A stretch of DNA of 64,000 nucleotides, taken from Anolis carolinensis. Lineage: Eukaryota. Numbering within the stretch: position 1 is the stretch's first letter; every line of letters begins with the position of its first letter. The position numbers and the translations under genes are program-made. The stretch lies in assembly GCF_035594765.1 (NCBI RefSeq), contig NC_085846.1:117601190-117665189 (forward strand), given 5' to 3'. Shown one piece after another: positions 50,501-62,500 of this stretch. The notes below the pieces were generated by a model. The model saw nothing but the letters and a program-made list of their open reading frames with translations. It ran no database searches and was not told the origin of the DNA.

Positions 50501-53500
50501 AGTTTTCTTTTTATTTTAATAGAGTAAAGAAGGCTTTATTAAAATAAAAAGAAAACTGAAAAGGCTTGTGGAACCCCGGTGGCGAAGTGCATTAAAGCAC
50601 TGAGCTGGAGACCAAAAGGTCCCAGGTTCAATCCCCAGGAGCGGCGTGAGTGGCCGCTGTTAGCTCCAGCTCCTGCCAACCTAGCAGTTCGAAAACATGC
50701 CAATGTGAATAGATCAGTAGGTACCGCTCTGGCGAGAAGGTAACGGCGCCCATGCAGTCATGCTGGCCACATGACCTTGGAGGTGTCTACGGACAACACC
50801 GGCTCTTCGGCTTAGAAATGGAGATGAGCACCAACCCCCAGAGTTAGACATGACTGGACTTAATGTCAGGGGAAAACCTTTACCTTTACCTTAAAGAAGT
50901 CTTGCTTCTTCCAAACATTGTGTTCTTGGATACAAAGCATCTAGTTTATACTTTTTTCCCCAAGGGAATAATAAAATAATAATAAAACTTTATACCTTGC
51001 CCCATCTCCCAACAAGTGACTGGGAGCGGCTTAGAATCATAAAAACATAGTAGATGACATAAAACAAAATAATATATCAAATTTTAAAACAATCTCAAAA
51101 TTAACAAAATACAACTGATGCATCAGTAAGCAATTATTAAAACAATGTGAACAACATTTAGGAAAACGCTCAATATGTGTTGTGTGTGTTATGAGCAGAT
51201 GCTTCCTGATTGAGAGCTATTCCACATGAAATGAATGGGACTATTTTGTCCATCAATTTGCTTTTGGTGTATTTATTGTTATTCCAAGACATGGGCATAC
51301 TTTTCTGTTGGTGGTCGCAATGCTCATTTTTAGCTTGTTAATGCAATTAGTGTGGCCCATTGGGTGGGCATTGAGTCGGGACATTTGTATTTAGACAGGC
51401 TTTTAAAGGAGGTTTTTACAGGGGATGCTGTGGTTTTAGCTTTGAATGCATTTTTAATCAGTTTTCAGGATTTTAACTGTTAATTTTAATGAATACCATT
51501 GATGTTTAATTATAGTTTAATGTACGTATATTTTTGTGTTTTAAATTGCATTAAAATTATTTTATTGTAAGCCGCTTTGAGTCTCCTTTGTGGAGAGAAA
51601 AAGTGGGGTATAAATAAACATATTAATAATCATGATAGCTCCCACCTCAGATCTAGAAGATACCAGAATTATTTCTAGAGACAGGACATTGTCTTTTGTG
51701 GTTGCTTATTCATGTTTTTACCCCAGTGACTGAATGGGAGGATGTGTGGCACTGCAGAGGCTCCATTTCTGTGCCTGTGTTGGCTTTTCCTATCTGGGGG
51801 ACTGTTTATCCAGGCAGGAAATGGGCTGTGTTGCATTGTGTGCGACCCTGCTTGGTGGTAGGGAGTAGCCTCTTGGAATGTGTGCTGCTGCGTCAGCCTC
51901 TTCCTCCTGCATCCATCCTGGTGGGATGCGCTGTGGCCGGCTGTTGGTCTCCTGGCAACAGGAGCAGGATGACTCCATCCGGGGCCACAAATTATGCTTT
52001 ACATTGCATAAAGCACGTTTCTGCTTGCTGCCAGGTTTTGCAGTACAATGGCCCGGGAAGCAAATAAACATTTGCAGTGTTTTGCCTGTCATCTCAAGCA
52101 TTTGGATTTGAAAAGGTTCAGTGTTGATGAAAGAAATTCTGATCCCTGCTTGGGTTGCGATCTTTGCCAATCAGCTCAAGGGTGTGCATCGGCAGAACAG
52201 TGCCTTTAGCCCTTAAAATGCTTAGCTCTGTTTGTCTCAGTTTAAAATCAAACAAAAGCAAATCCAAGTTGGCCTTAGCTGAATTGTTAGGTTTGGCATA
52301 ATTTAGGCAATGTTAAGCTTCCTTAAATGACATTGGGCCAGTTCTGCCTTTTCTTGCTTGCACTGATCTATCTGCAGCATATTGTAAAGATAAGAGGAGC
52401 ACACTGTGACTGCCTGGAGAAGGCAATATAAACAGCAACAGAAGTGTTGGATTCAGATGTAACAAACACATGCATCTCAACATAATCATGATTCATCAGT
52501 GGGATGTCAGTAATCCTGATTGACACCCCACTGGTTTCAGTGGATCTGCTCCAAATGGGACTGAGCCTGACTCACCCTACTAACCTTTCTCTCCACTCTC
52601 CTCCTGAGTATTTTAATCCTCTCTGTTCCCATTGGTAACGTGCATCATGGTGGGAGGCCCGTGCTGGCAGTGTGTGAGAGTTCTTGCAGATGTCCCTGCA
52701 GCGGAGCAGCTGAAACATGGTGAACAGGGTTGGGATGAGGGTGCACTGTCCACAGCATCATGGACATAGCTGTGTTTTTGATACCATGACTGGGAATGTT
52801 GGTAATCCATGGCCAGGCTGTGAATAGGATCTCATATGAAAAGGCCTTCTCCTTCTTCCCTTCTGTTCCTCAGTGACTCTTGAGGAAGCCCAGAAGATGA
52901 ACTTCTATGTCTTTCTGGGAAGGAAATCTGGCTGTGGGCTTATCCTCTCCCCTCCAACCTCCACCCCATGTTTGGCTGTACAGGACACCTGTGATGCTGG
53001 GGTCTAATGTATAGGCAAACTCCCGTTCAGGAAAAAAAAAACCAAAGTGACTGTTGTGTGGTTTCCGGGCTGTATGGTCATGTTCTAGCAGCATTTTCTC
53101 CTGACGTTTCGCCTGCATCTGTTTCCCATCTTCCAGGACAGGAAGGTAGAGGTCTGGGGTTGGCATTGGCTTGGAGAAGATTCCATCGTGGTACTTTTCA
53201 GCATTTCTTCCCTAAAGTGCATTAGATTGAACTCCAGAGTTTTCTCCTGCTAATGAGAAGCCTCCTTAGCCCACTCAAGATGTTTTCCAACTTACTCAGT
53301 GATTTCTGAAGGACACGAGTAATCCTAGTTCAAAAATCCTTTATAATATATTCTTATAGATAATAGTTTGCAAGCCTTTTTAAAACGACGTACCAGAATC
53401 CGCGCCCCTGTATTTTCCGCATTTCTGATTCTGAAGATGTACAGGAGCATTGCAGAATGAAACGTCTTCCAGCTCCTGTACACAAGGTTTTAGAAACAGC

Positions 53501-56500
53501 AGTGGCTAGTTTTTTCCTTCCTCACTCAGTTCTTTGTCCACAAGATGTGCGTCTGAGTGTGAAGAGGACATGGGAAGAAGGTTGTTGTTTTGCTGAATGT
53601 TTTCCTAGCCTTTTGTGTCCTCAAAAGCTCCCTTTAAAAGGTCAAACAGCCTTATTGTAAGATAGTTAGTGGCTTGCATGTTGGGCCTTTGCCTTTTCTG
53701 CCGAAGCTGCCCCTGATGTACTATGAGTTTTTTCCTGGCAATAAACAGCTGTGATGGGCAACCATCAACATTGCTACAACTCAGTTTATTGTAAATTAGC
53801 TTAATGAATGGGTACCGTACCTTACCAATGAGATTGGGCAGTTTCAGGTTCAACACCTCAATTTTTCCTCTCCAGACATTCCTTCATTTGTCTATATGTG
53901 TAATCTAAATGCTGGGCTTTGCACAGGGGACATGCTGAAATGAAGGTTAATATAAAGAAAAAACGGAAAATACTCTGAATGTTGTATAAACTAGTGCCAT
54001 TTACTGAATGTTTTTAGCCATTTGGATCCAGACTTGGTCACACTTAAGATATGTACTGTATGTCTTATTTTATGTTTGACTGTGTGGACCCAATAACGTT
54101 CATTCCAGTAAAAATCATAGTTCAACTATTCCGTGTTAGAATGTTGTTATTTTTTTCAAAATGAAATCCCTGTTTAAATGGTTTTGTTGGATGGGGGAAT
54201 CCTTTGAGATTTCTACAGTATGTTAAAGTGTTACGGTTTATTTTATTGGCTTCAGTCTAAATGTGTTTGCTAGTTCTAGCTAAAGTGGGCCCATAGAATA
54301 ACATGCTGAATTGTATATGAAAAGTTAGGTAAATCCCATTACTTCAAAGGTTTTAGACTTTTGTGTACAGAATATATGTCCGGTAAAGCATGTAAAATCA
54401 CATTGTTGTAAATGTAGGGCACTGGGACATTGGGTGACACCAATACCTACAGTCAAGCTATTTCTCTGAAGGATTTATGTTGCCGGTTCAGGGCTTTCTT
54501 TTTTCCTTGAACTGCAATAGCAAAGTCGATGTGATGAAATGGTAGTTACAACACTCCTAGTCAAAACAAGTTTTCCCCAGCTTTGATTTGAGGTAGTATA
54601 GTAAATATCAGAATTTTATATAAATTGGGGGTTGGAGTTCTATGGCTTGAGGTTTCCAGTCCAATCTTTGGAATCCCTACTGGTTCTTCAAAGCTGCAAA
54701 CATCTTTAAAAAATCTAAATATGTTGCTGGGGAAAAATAGTTTCAACTGAAAGACACAATTAACAAATATTAAATAAATTATGCCATCTCAGGGACCATT
54801 CTGACCAGCAGTTCTGCCCATCACCCAGAAGGGCCACTGAGATGACAATATTCCAGCCACCAAAATGGCCTGGCCTTGCCCTTTTAACTGCTTCTCTTTA
54901 CCCCAGTGAAACTGTTCAGGGACTAGGTAGTCAACTGTAACAAATTGAGAACCCAACTGCCCCAAAAATGTGTGCTCTGATATAATCTGTCACAATGCTG
55001 CAATGTTGAATACCTTTTCCAGAAGCAGGATTAATGTGTGGACTCTTTTTGGCTTCAGTTTCAACACAGGTCCCTCCCTCAGTCCCCAGGATGGTGTGAG
55101 CCCTGGCCACATTCTCAAGAAGCCGAAGCCCCCAAGCAACCGCCTGCCTACCCCTCCCGCGACCCTCGACCCCAGCTGCGTGGCTGCCAGGATCCGTCCC
55201 ATTTGCAGATACAGGAAGCGCAGGCTGGTGAGAGTCAGTGCTGTCTCCCACCTGAGCAGAAAGGTAGGCCTGAAGTCTTACTTTTGCAGCCTTCGCTAGA
55301 AAAAGAGTTTGTAATGTTAATCTTAACAATGAGGAGTGACTTAAACAAGCCCTATGAGAAGGGGCTGAAAGAGTTGGGCATGTTTAGCCTGCAGAAGAGA
55401 AAGCTGAGAAGGAGACATGATGTGGGCCATGGATCAAGATATGAGGGGAAGAAAGTCATAGTGAGGAGGGAGCAAGCTTTTTTTCTGCTGCCCTGGAGAC
55501 TAGGATGCAATGGAACAACGGCTTCAAACTACAGGAAAAGAAATTTCACCTGAACACAATTAAGAACTTCCTCACTGTGAGAGCTGTTCAGCAGTGGAAC
55601 TCTCTCTCTGCCCTGGAGTGTGGAGGAGGCTCCTTCTTTGGAGGCTTTGAAACAGAGATGGATGCAGATTTACACACTAATAGAAATAACTGTTTTCCTT
55701 TGTATGAGTAGACATCTCCTGCCCCTCTAATTATAATTCCTTCAAAGGTCATGAACGCGCCTTCCTTCACTTCATTTCTACCCTCAGTGCAACCCAGCAA
55801 GGTAGTTTAGCCTGAGGGGTGCAAACTTACCAAATATTTTTTTTATGAGTGAACAGATTTGAACTTGGGGGTCTTCCTAGATTTTTTTTTGCTCTTCTAG
55901 CACTGACAAATGCTCTTCCCATATTGTCAGAACAGAGAGCCAAAGAAATGGGGGATACAGCACTACCACAAAATCTTGGAATGCGGGTAATTAGTTGACA
56001 TTTACTGTCTTCCCGATGCTTCCTGTTTCATGTCCACTGAGTATGCTCAGTACTACTTTTTTTTAAATACAGACCCGTTCTGTTATTTTTCTTTTCTTTT
56101 CTTTTTTGAGGAATGGAGTGACCCCTTTGTACCCAATTTCAGGTGCATAGAAATACAGGATTTCTCCAGTTGTAGCTATTGATAATTCTCCTCTGGGGAC
56201 ATTTTAGAATAGGTGATCCTTAGGAATCTAGATATTACCATTTCAGGTTATATCTTTTTATTTCCATCCATCCTACTTCCTCGTCTGCCATTCCATTCTG
56301 TTTCTTTTTTCCCCCTGGCAGAGTTGTTGTGTTCAGTTAACATTCTGTGCCCCTGGCTTCTTATGGGGTTGTTTCAGAGAAATTCTGTGGGGATGGGAGA
56401 GCATTCTAAATATTGTAGTCTCATTTGCAACCTGATTCTGTGGTGCTTTTCGCTTTCATATGGTGGTTACTTATTGAATATACTTCCATACACACATATT

Positions 56501-59500
56501 GGAGCCCCCAGTGGCGCAGTGGGTTAAACCCTTGTGCTGGCAGGACTGCTGACCAAAAGGTTGGCGGTTCGCATCCGGGGAGTGGGGTGGGCTCCTGTCT
56601 GTCAGCTGTAGCTCCTCATGTGGGGAGATGAGAGAGGCCTCCCACAAGGATGGTAAAACAACAAACATCCGGGCGTCCCCTGCGCAATGCCTTCGCAGAC
56701 AGCCAATTTTCTCAAACCAGAAGCGACTTGCAGTTTCTCAAATCGCTCCTGACATGAAAAAAATACAAACACATTAAAATTTGTAAATAATACATCTTTA
56801 TTTAAGTTCTTTAAGACGTCAGCCATTCAAAATTGAATGTCTACAGATAAAATTTAATAATGCCAAGATACCAGACAGAAAACACTGGAAGAGAAGTGTC
56901 AGTTTTGACTGCATGTCCTACTCGAGCTGCTGCAGTTGACATTTTGACTATGAGAACGGCTTCTTCGGAATATTTGATGCTCCCTGCCATATGAAGAAGT
57001 AGAGATTTTCACCCATCCTGCTGGTGCATTTCCTTCTGGAAGGACTCATTGACTGAAGGTTTTGGCCTCTCTCTTGTTCCAGCCGCCGAAGCCTCTCAGC
57101 CTGAAATGCGGTTGCGAAGAGCCCAAGTCCTGCATCTTGTGTGGCTGCAAGGCCCCGATCCAGACTGTGGACCCAGAAACAATGTCCTTAAAAGAGCGGG
57201 TCGCCCTCCTGGATTCTGGCTTCCACCCCATCCTCTCATTTTCTCATGGTAAGCAAGATAAGAAGAGCAATGAGCAAGAAAGACTATTTAGCCCAGGCAT
57301 GGGCAAACTTCAGTCTCCCTCCAGGTGCTTTGGACTTCAATTCCCTCAATTCCAAACAGCCTACCGCCTGTTAGGAATCGTAATAGTTGAAGTCCAAAAT
57401 ACCTGGAGGGAGGACCGAAGTTTGCCCGTGCCTGATTTAGCCTTTCATTCATTCTACTTGTAGGAGCCAGTATTCCTCTCATAGTAGGCTTTTCCTCCTT
57501 GTTGGTGTTGTTAAGTTGTTAAACTGACCTTGTGATTTCAATGTCATCTTTTTCTTGAATTGTATTTTAACTTTTGCATTAATAAGGGCTTTTTTAAAGC
57601 TGCACTTCATTTAAATTTCTTGCAAGATGGCAGGATATGAATTAAATATGTCAATAAAGGACTGCTTTTCTGTGCCATTTTTGTAGAGGATTGCCTTTCT
57701 GTCATGTAGGAGATAGTTGTTTCATTTCCCTTTGCTGTTTCTTCACGGCATCTCTAAAAATGCCTAGCTTCCCTTTGAGAGCAGATAAGACCTCTGTGTT
57801 TGCTGGCACAATGAGCATTGGTTTCATCAAGGAGCACCGATACCAAGAAAAATAGCAGTGGAGTGGGAAACGTGGCATATAAATGTGAATAGTAAATAAA
57901 ACTGTGCATATGGCTTTGCAGTGGACCTCAAAGCGATTTCCTCTGTCTTTCTCTTACCAGGCAGCCCTCTTCACTTACACTTTGAAGCCTTGCTGAGAGA
58001 GGGCCACCAGCTAAGCCATAAAATCAAGGCTCTAAAGGCTCCCAACTGTGGGTTGAAGGACCTAACCAACAACATTTGTTCATCGTCTCTCTCCACATCT
58101 GGTAAGCTTTGTGCATATGAGAAGTACCTTTTGCCCAAGCACGGGCCAAAGTTGGCCCGTGCCTGCTTTTCCTTCTGGACAAAGCCCATATGACAAATGG
58201 GTTCCACCTGAGTTCCTCATCTCTTACTTCGTTGCCAGGTTCTCTTCTGAAAGGGCCTGGCGGTCGCAGCTGGTTTGCCACTGGCTTGCCTCAGGCCCAC
58301 AGGTCTGCTTCTCTCCATCATGCGTCGCCTCTGTCCCTGGAAGGCGTTCCCAGCCCATCCTCCAACCAAGTGGCCGGCAATTCTGTGGCTGCTGGCAGCT
58401 CGGCCTTGGTGAGTTGGAACACATCCTCATCCTGGTCACACAGCTGCAAAGAGGAGGAAGTAATAACTGAACATTGCCAAGGGACCTTCCTTAGTCTCTC
58501 CCCTTTTTGCATTGTGCATAATCAGTTCTGCAAAGTGTGCTATTATTTTAACCTTGCATCGTCTCCAAACTAAGATATCTTTCTCTTTCGAGCTTATTCC
58601 CCTGTGGAACGTCAGCGTTGGCCTTGAAGTAGGCTCTCAATAATCTGATTACTGCAATAACAAAACTGCATGGAGCATTTCTGTATATCTTCTTCCTTCT
58701 AATTAAAAACATAAAGGGAGACCCAAAGGTTGAATAGAAATGTGCCACATATACAGAAGATCTGTTATCTTTTTCATCTTTAATCTCTCTTTCGGGTGGA
58801 GTATTCTTTCTCAGTTTCTTCTCTTGGGTCTTCTCCCTTATAAATTCTCCCACACACGTTTTTCTTTGTCCTCTTGTGTTCTTGAGAAAGTAAGTGAGAT
58901 CACAGATACACGGTACTATCCAATAACTGATTAAAAAGTCTGCATCATAGGCTTATAGTTGGGCATGTCCTGCTGATATGTCCTTGGTCATCAGTCTCAA
59001 GTACATTGCTTTATAATTACATGAGCCCAGAAAAGGTTCTAATTTTGTCCCCAATCCCATGTTCTCATGGCTCTTTCCCTGCTGCCATTCTGTAGCACCA
59101 AATGCTTAATGTTTATTTGTCAAGGCTTGATATTCTTTCTTCCCTCTGATACACTTAAGAAGGTGGTTAACATACAATTGCACAAAGCAAGAACAAGAAA
59201 TCAATGCAACAGGGTAATGAATCTAAGACTCTTGTCCTGTAAGACTAATTTTGTGCAGAACAAAAGTGTTTATAGTCGAGGATACCTTCACAGACACATC
59301 ACTCCTGGTCTACAGTACTATATTGCCCCCATGTGGAAGTGTGCTGATGCGGGGATTATTGGCTTCCATTGTTGAGAATTTATTTGCTGGCAAGTCGGAT
59401 TGAGCGATATCAGGGTGGCAGTTTTGAGCTGTTGATAACACGTTAGGAAGAGTCGTGATTTCACAGTGCTGTCTTTCTGATGTGGTTTCAGCAGCCTGCA

Positions 59501-62500
59501 AAAAAGAAAAAGGTGGAATGTTCTTATGACATCAACAATATCGTGATCCCCATGTCAATGGCTGCTGCGACACGGGTGGAGAAGCTGCAGTATAAGGAGA
59601 TTTTGACGCCACGGTGGGTTCCCTTGGAAGCTGCTGACTCTGTGGGTTGACCGAGCAGCTCTGTCTTGCCTCTCTGCACTGGAGCATTGTCATTCAATGA
59701 GGAAAGGCTGGTAGTGTTTCCACCCAGAAATTCCAGTGTCAAGGGGTTGTGTGCCACACCAAAAGGCACACTGTTTGTCAGTGAGGCAAAAGTAGTGCAG
59801 AATAGTGTTGTGCTTTTGTATGGAATTGCTGTTCATTTTGTGTAGTTTCGTTTTGTCTCATTTTCATATTTGTTCCCACTAACGAAAATGGGGCAGCAAT
59901 ACAAACAGAATTTTTGTTTAGCTTACGAAAAAACGAAAATTTTCAGACCATTGGCTGCAATGGGAGGGCTTCCAAGGCTCACCCCCCCCCCCCCCCCCAA
60001 ACTCGGTTTTTGGGCTAGAGGGGTGAAAATTGCCACACATTTTGACTCCTTTTAGCCCACGAACTTTTAAACGTTTGGGTCTTTCCCAGAGTACTATTGT
60101 TATTAATATTATTATTATTAATACCCTTTGGGACACATCAGATGTCATGGGGAAGCAGCCCTCTCTCTGACTCAGCTTAGGGTGTAACTGTTATTAATAT
60201 TAATTTTAATATTATTAAGACCCATTAGTACACATCAGATGTAATGGGGAGCAGTCCTCTCCCAGACCCAGCTTAGGGTCACAGAATAACTATCATTATT
60301 TATATTAATATTGTTATTAACACCCATTGGTACACATCAGCTGTAATGGGAAAGCAGCCCTCTGTCAGTACCTGCTTATTGTTAGGGGTCCAAAACGAAA
60401 GGAAAATGAAAGCAAGCGTGATGACTGTGCGGTTTTCATTTCCGTGTCTCCTCTCGTTTCCTATGAAAATGTCCTCATTCATTTTGTGTAGACGAAGGGT
60501 CGAAACGATAGCACAAAGGAAACAAAGGGAAAAACATGTGCACATCTCTAGTGCAGAACTCAAAGGGGAGCCCGGCTGATGTTCCTTTTGTTGTGCCATG
60601 TCAGCATGTGCCTTTGCTGCAGGTTGTCAGCCTCTGGCTCAAAAAAATAGCACTTTGAGTAGCACTGGTTTAATAGTTTAAAATCACTCACAGGTATAAT
60701 TTGTATAAAGCCGGCATGTTAGGAATTGTGGAAGTCCAAAACACCTGGACGGAGGGCCAAAGTTTGTCTATGTCCGGTATAAAGATTTGTTTGGTCCCAA
60801 AAGCATTAGTTAACAATTTGAGCTTTTACTTAGTGCTGGGGTGACAGAAATGACGGTGCCAGTTGGGCCTCTTAAGGAGGGGGGGGGATGGTCAGGAACT
60901 GGGATGCAACAGCAGAGAAGGCACAAAAAATGCCATTTTAAGATCTGCTTTGGCCTTTAGGAATCGAGCCTTGGCAGAATGTTGTATTGTGCCTGTAGAG
61001 GTCATGAGGAGGAAGTGAGAAAGGTGCTTGTTTTGCAGAAGTATTTTCAGGATTGAATCTAACCTGGGTTGGGTTTTTTTTTTTAACATCAGCTGGAGAA
61101 TGGTGAATCTTGAAGAGCTGAAGTCATCAGAGGAAGTAGATTCAGAGGTAAGAAGAAAAAAACCCTTAGACCTCTGTCAGTTTGCCTGTTTTTTTGTTGA
61201 AAAGGATTGCTGGGGATCAGATTGAGGAAGGCTTTAATGTACGTGCATAGAGCACCCATCTTTGGCTCTAGAAGAGACTGTAAAAGCCAGATAACAAAGA
61301 GATATATGTGCCTTTATTTTTTTCCTATTCTGAACTGCAGCAAGGGCTTGAGTCATACCAGGGTGTGGAAGAGTCAAAACATCCTTATTTTGTCAAAAAT
61401 GTTCTCTTTGTCCTTCTATTACCGAAGGACTTTTATGTGCATAGTATGTTATGTGATGGTAGGTAGCTATGTTCCAAAGATTTGGTGTCTTATTCACCAC
61501 TAAGCTGTTTTTTCAGTGTTTTTACTTATATTTGTGGATCTGACAAATCAAGTCTTTTAACACTCCTCAATTATTTCTTTATTGCACAAGTGATCCTGTA
61601 ATGCAAAAAAAATCATGTGCTAGTTATTCACCCACATTTCAACAACAAAGTATCTTGCTGGGAATCATGTTGGCTTTCTTGAGCACACAAAGATAACTCT
61701 TTATTTTTCCTTAGGTGGAAGATACTTCTGATGAAGCGTATCTGAACCGTCATCATAAATTTGAGGAATTGGAACGGGTTCGTTGGGATTCCTGGGCAGG
61801 AAGCCTTTCCCACAGGCGGGCAAACAGGTATCTTTTCAGGGATCTATCTGGTTTGTGGAAATAATATTCTTACCAGCTTCCATTGTATCTGTTATTTTGG
61901 AGGAAAATATCAGTAAAGATAAGTCACGGCTTTCACTGATCCCCAGTGGATTCTGAGTTTACTTGAGCTCTGCAGGCCAGGATCTGAACTAAACACAGGA
62001 TTATTCCCAATGAGGTCTGACCAAAGCAGAATAGAGTGGGACTCTTAGCACTGAAGCTTTATCACCAATCCACAACAAGGCAAATTTTTCAAAGTTCAAT
62101 TCTTGTTAGAAATAGCAACCTTCTCAAGCCTCCACTAGTTATTTGTTATGTATATAATTGCTTACTGTATTGTATTTGTGTGTATTCGTTTGCAGTTTTC
62201 TTTAGTGTCTTTGTTTTTGGAGGGGCTGCAGATCATGTGAATAGGTCTGGGTTTGTTCAATGGTCTGACTCCATTTTAGAAAGACAGAAGTCATGTAGAG
62301 AAGTGTGTTTGCATTAGATTTTTAGAGAAAGTAGAAGCCATTTGTTTGCATCAGAAGCAGTGAGAACAGTTATACAGTTTAGACTTCAGTAAGATATATA
62401 CTTAAGGGCTCAATTGGACTATGGACTATTGATTCTAATGAAGATGCCCACAGAGAAACTACTCAAAATCCTATTGTAACTGGATTCATAAGCAAGTGCC

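Noticed and set aside
50570-50650. tRNA genes at SINE heads (also 56501, 34740-34810)
   Set aside because: A/B boxes are present but no full cloverleaf; they continue into SINE bodies and tails.
52680-52900. Possible extra KANSL1-like exons after ttcttgcag (52689) and ttcctcag (52873)
   Set aside because: Both give immediate stops in the required phase, and 49140 joins 55059 cleanly; cannot exclude a poison exon but no positive evidence.
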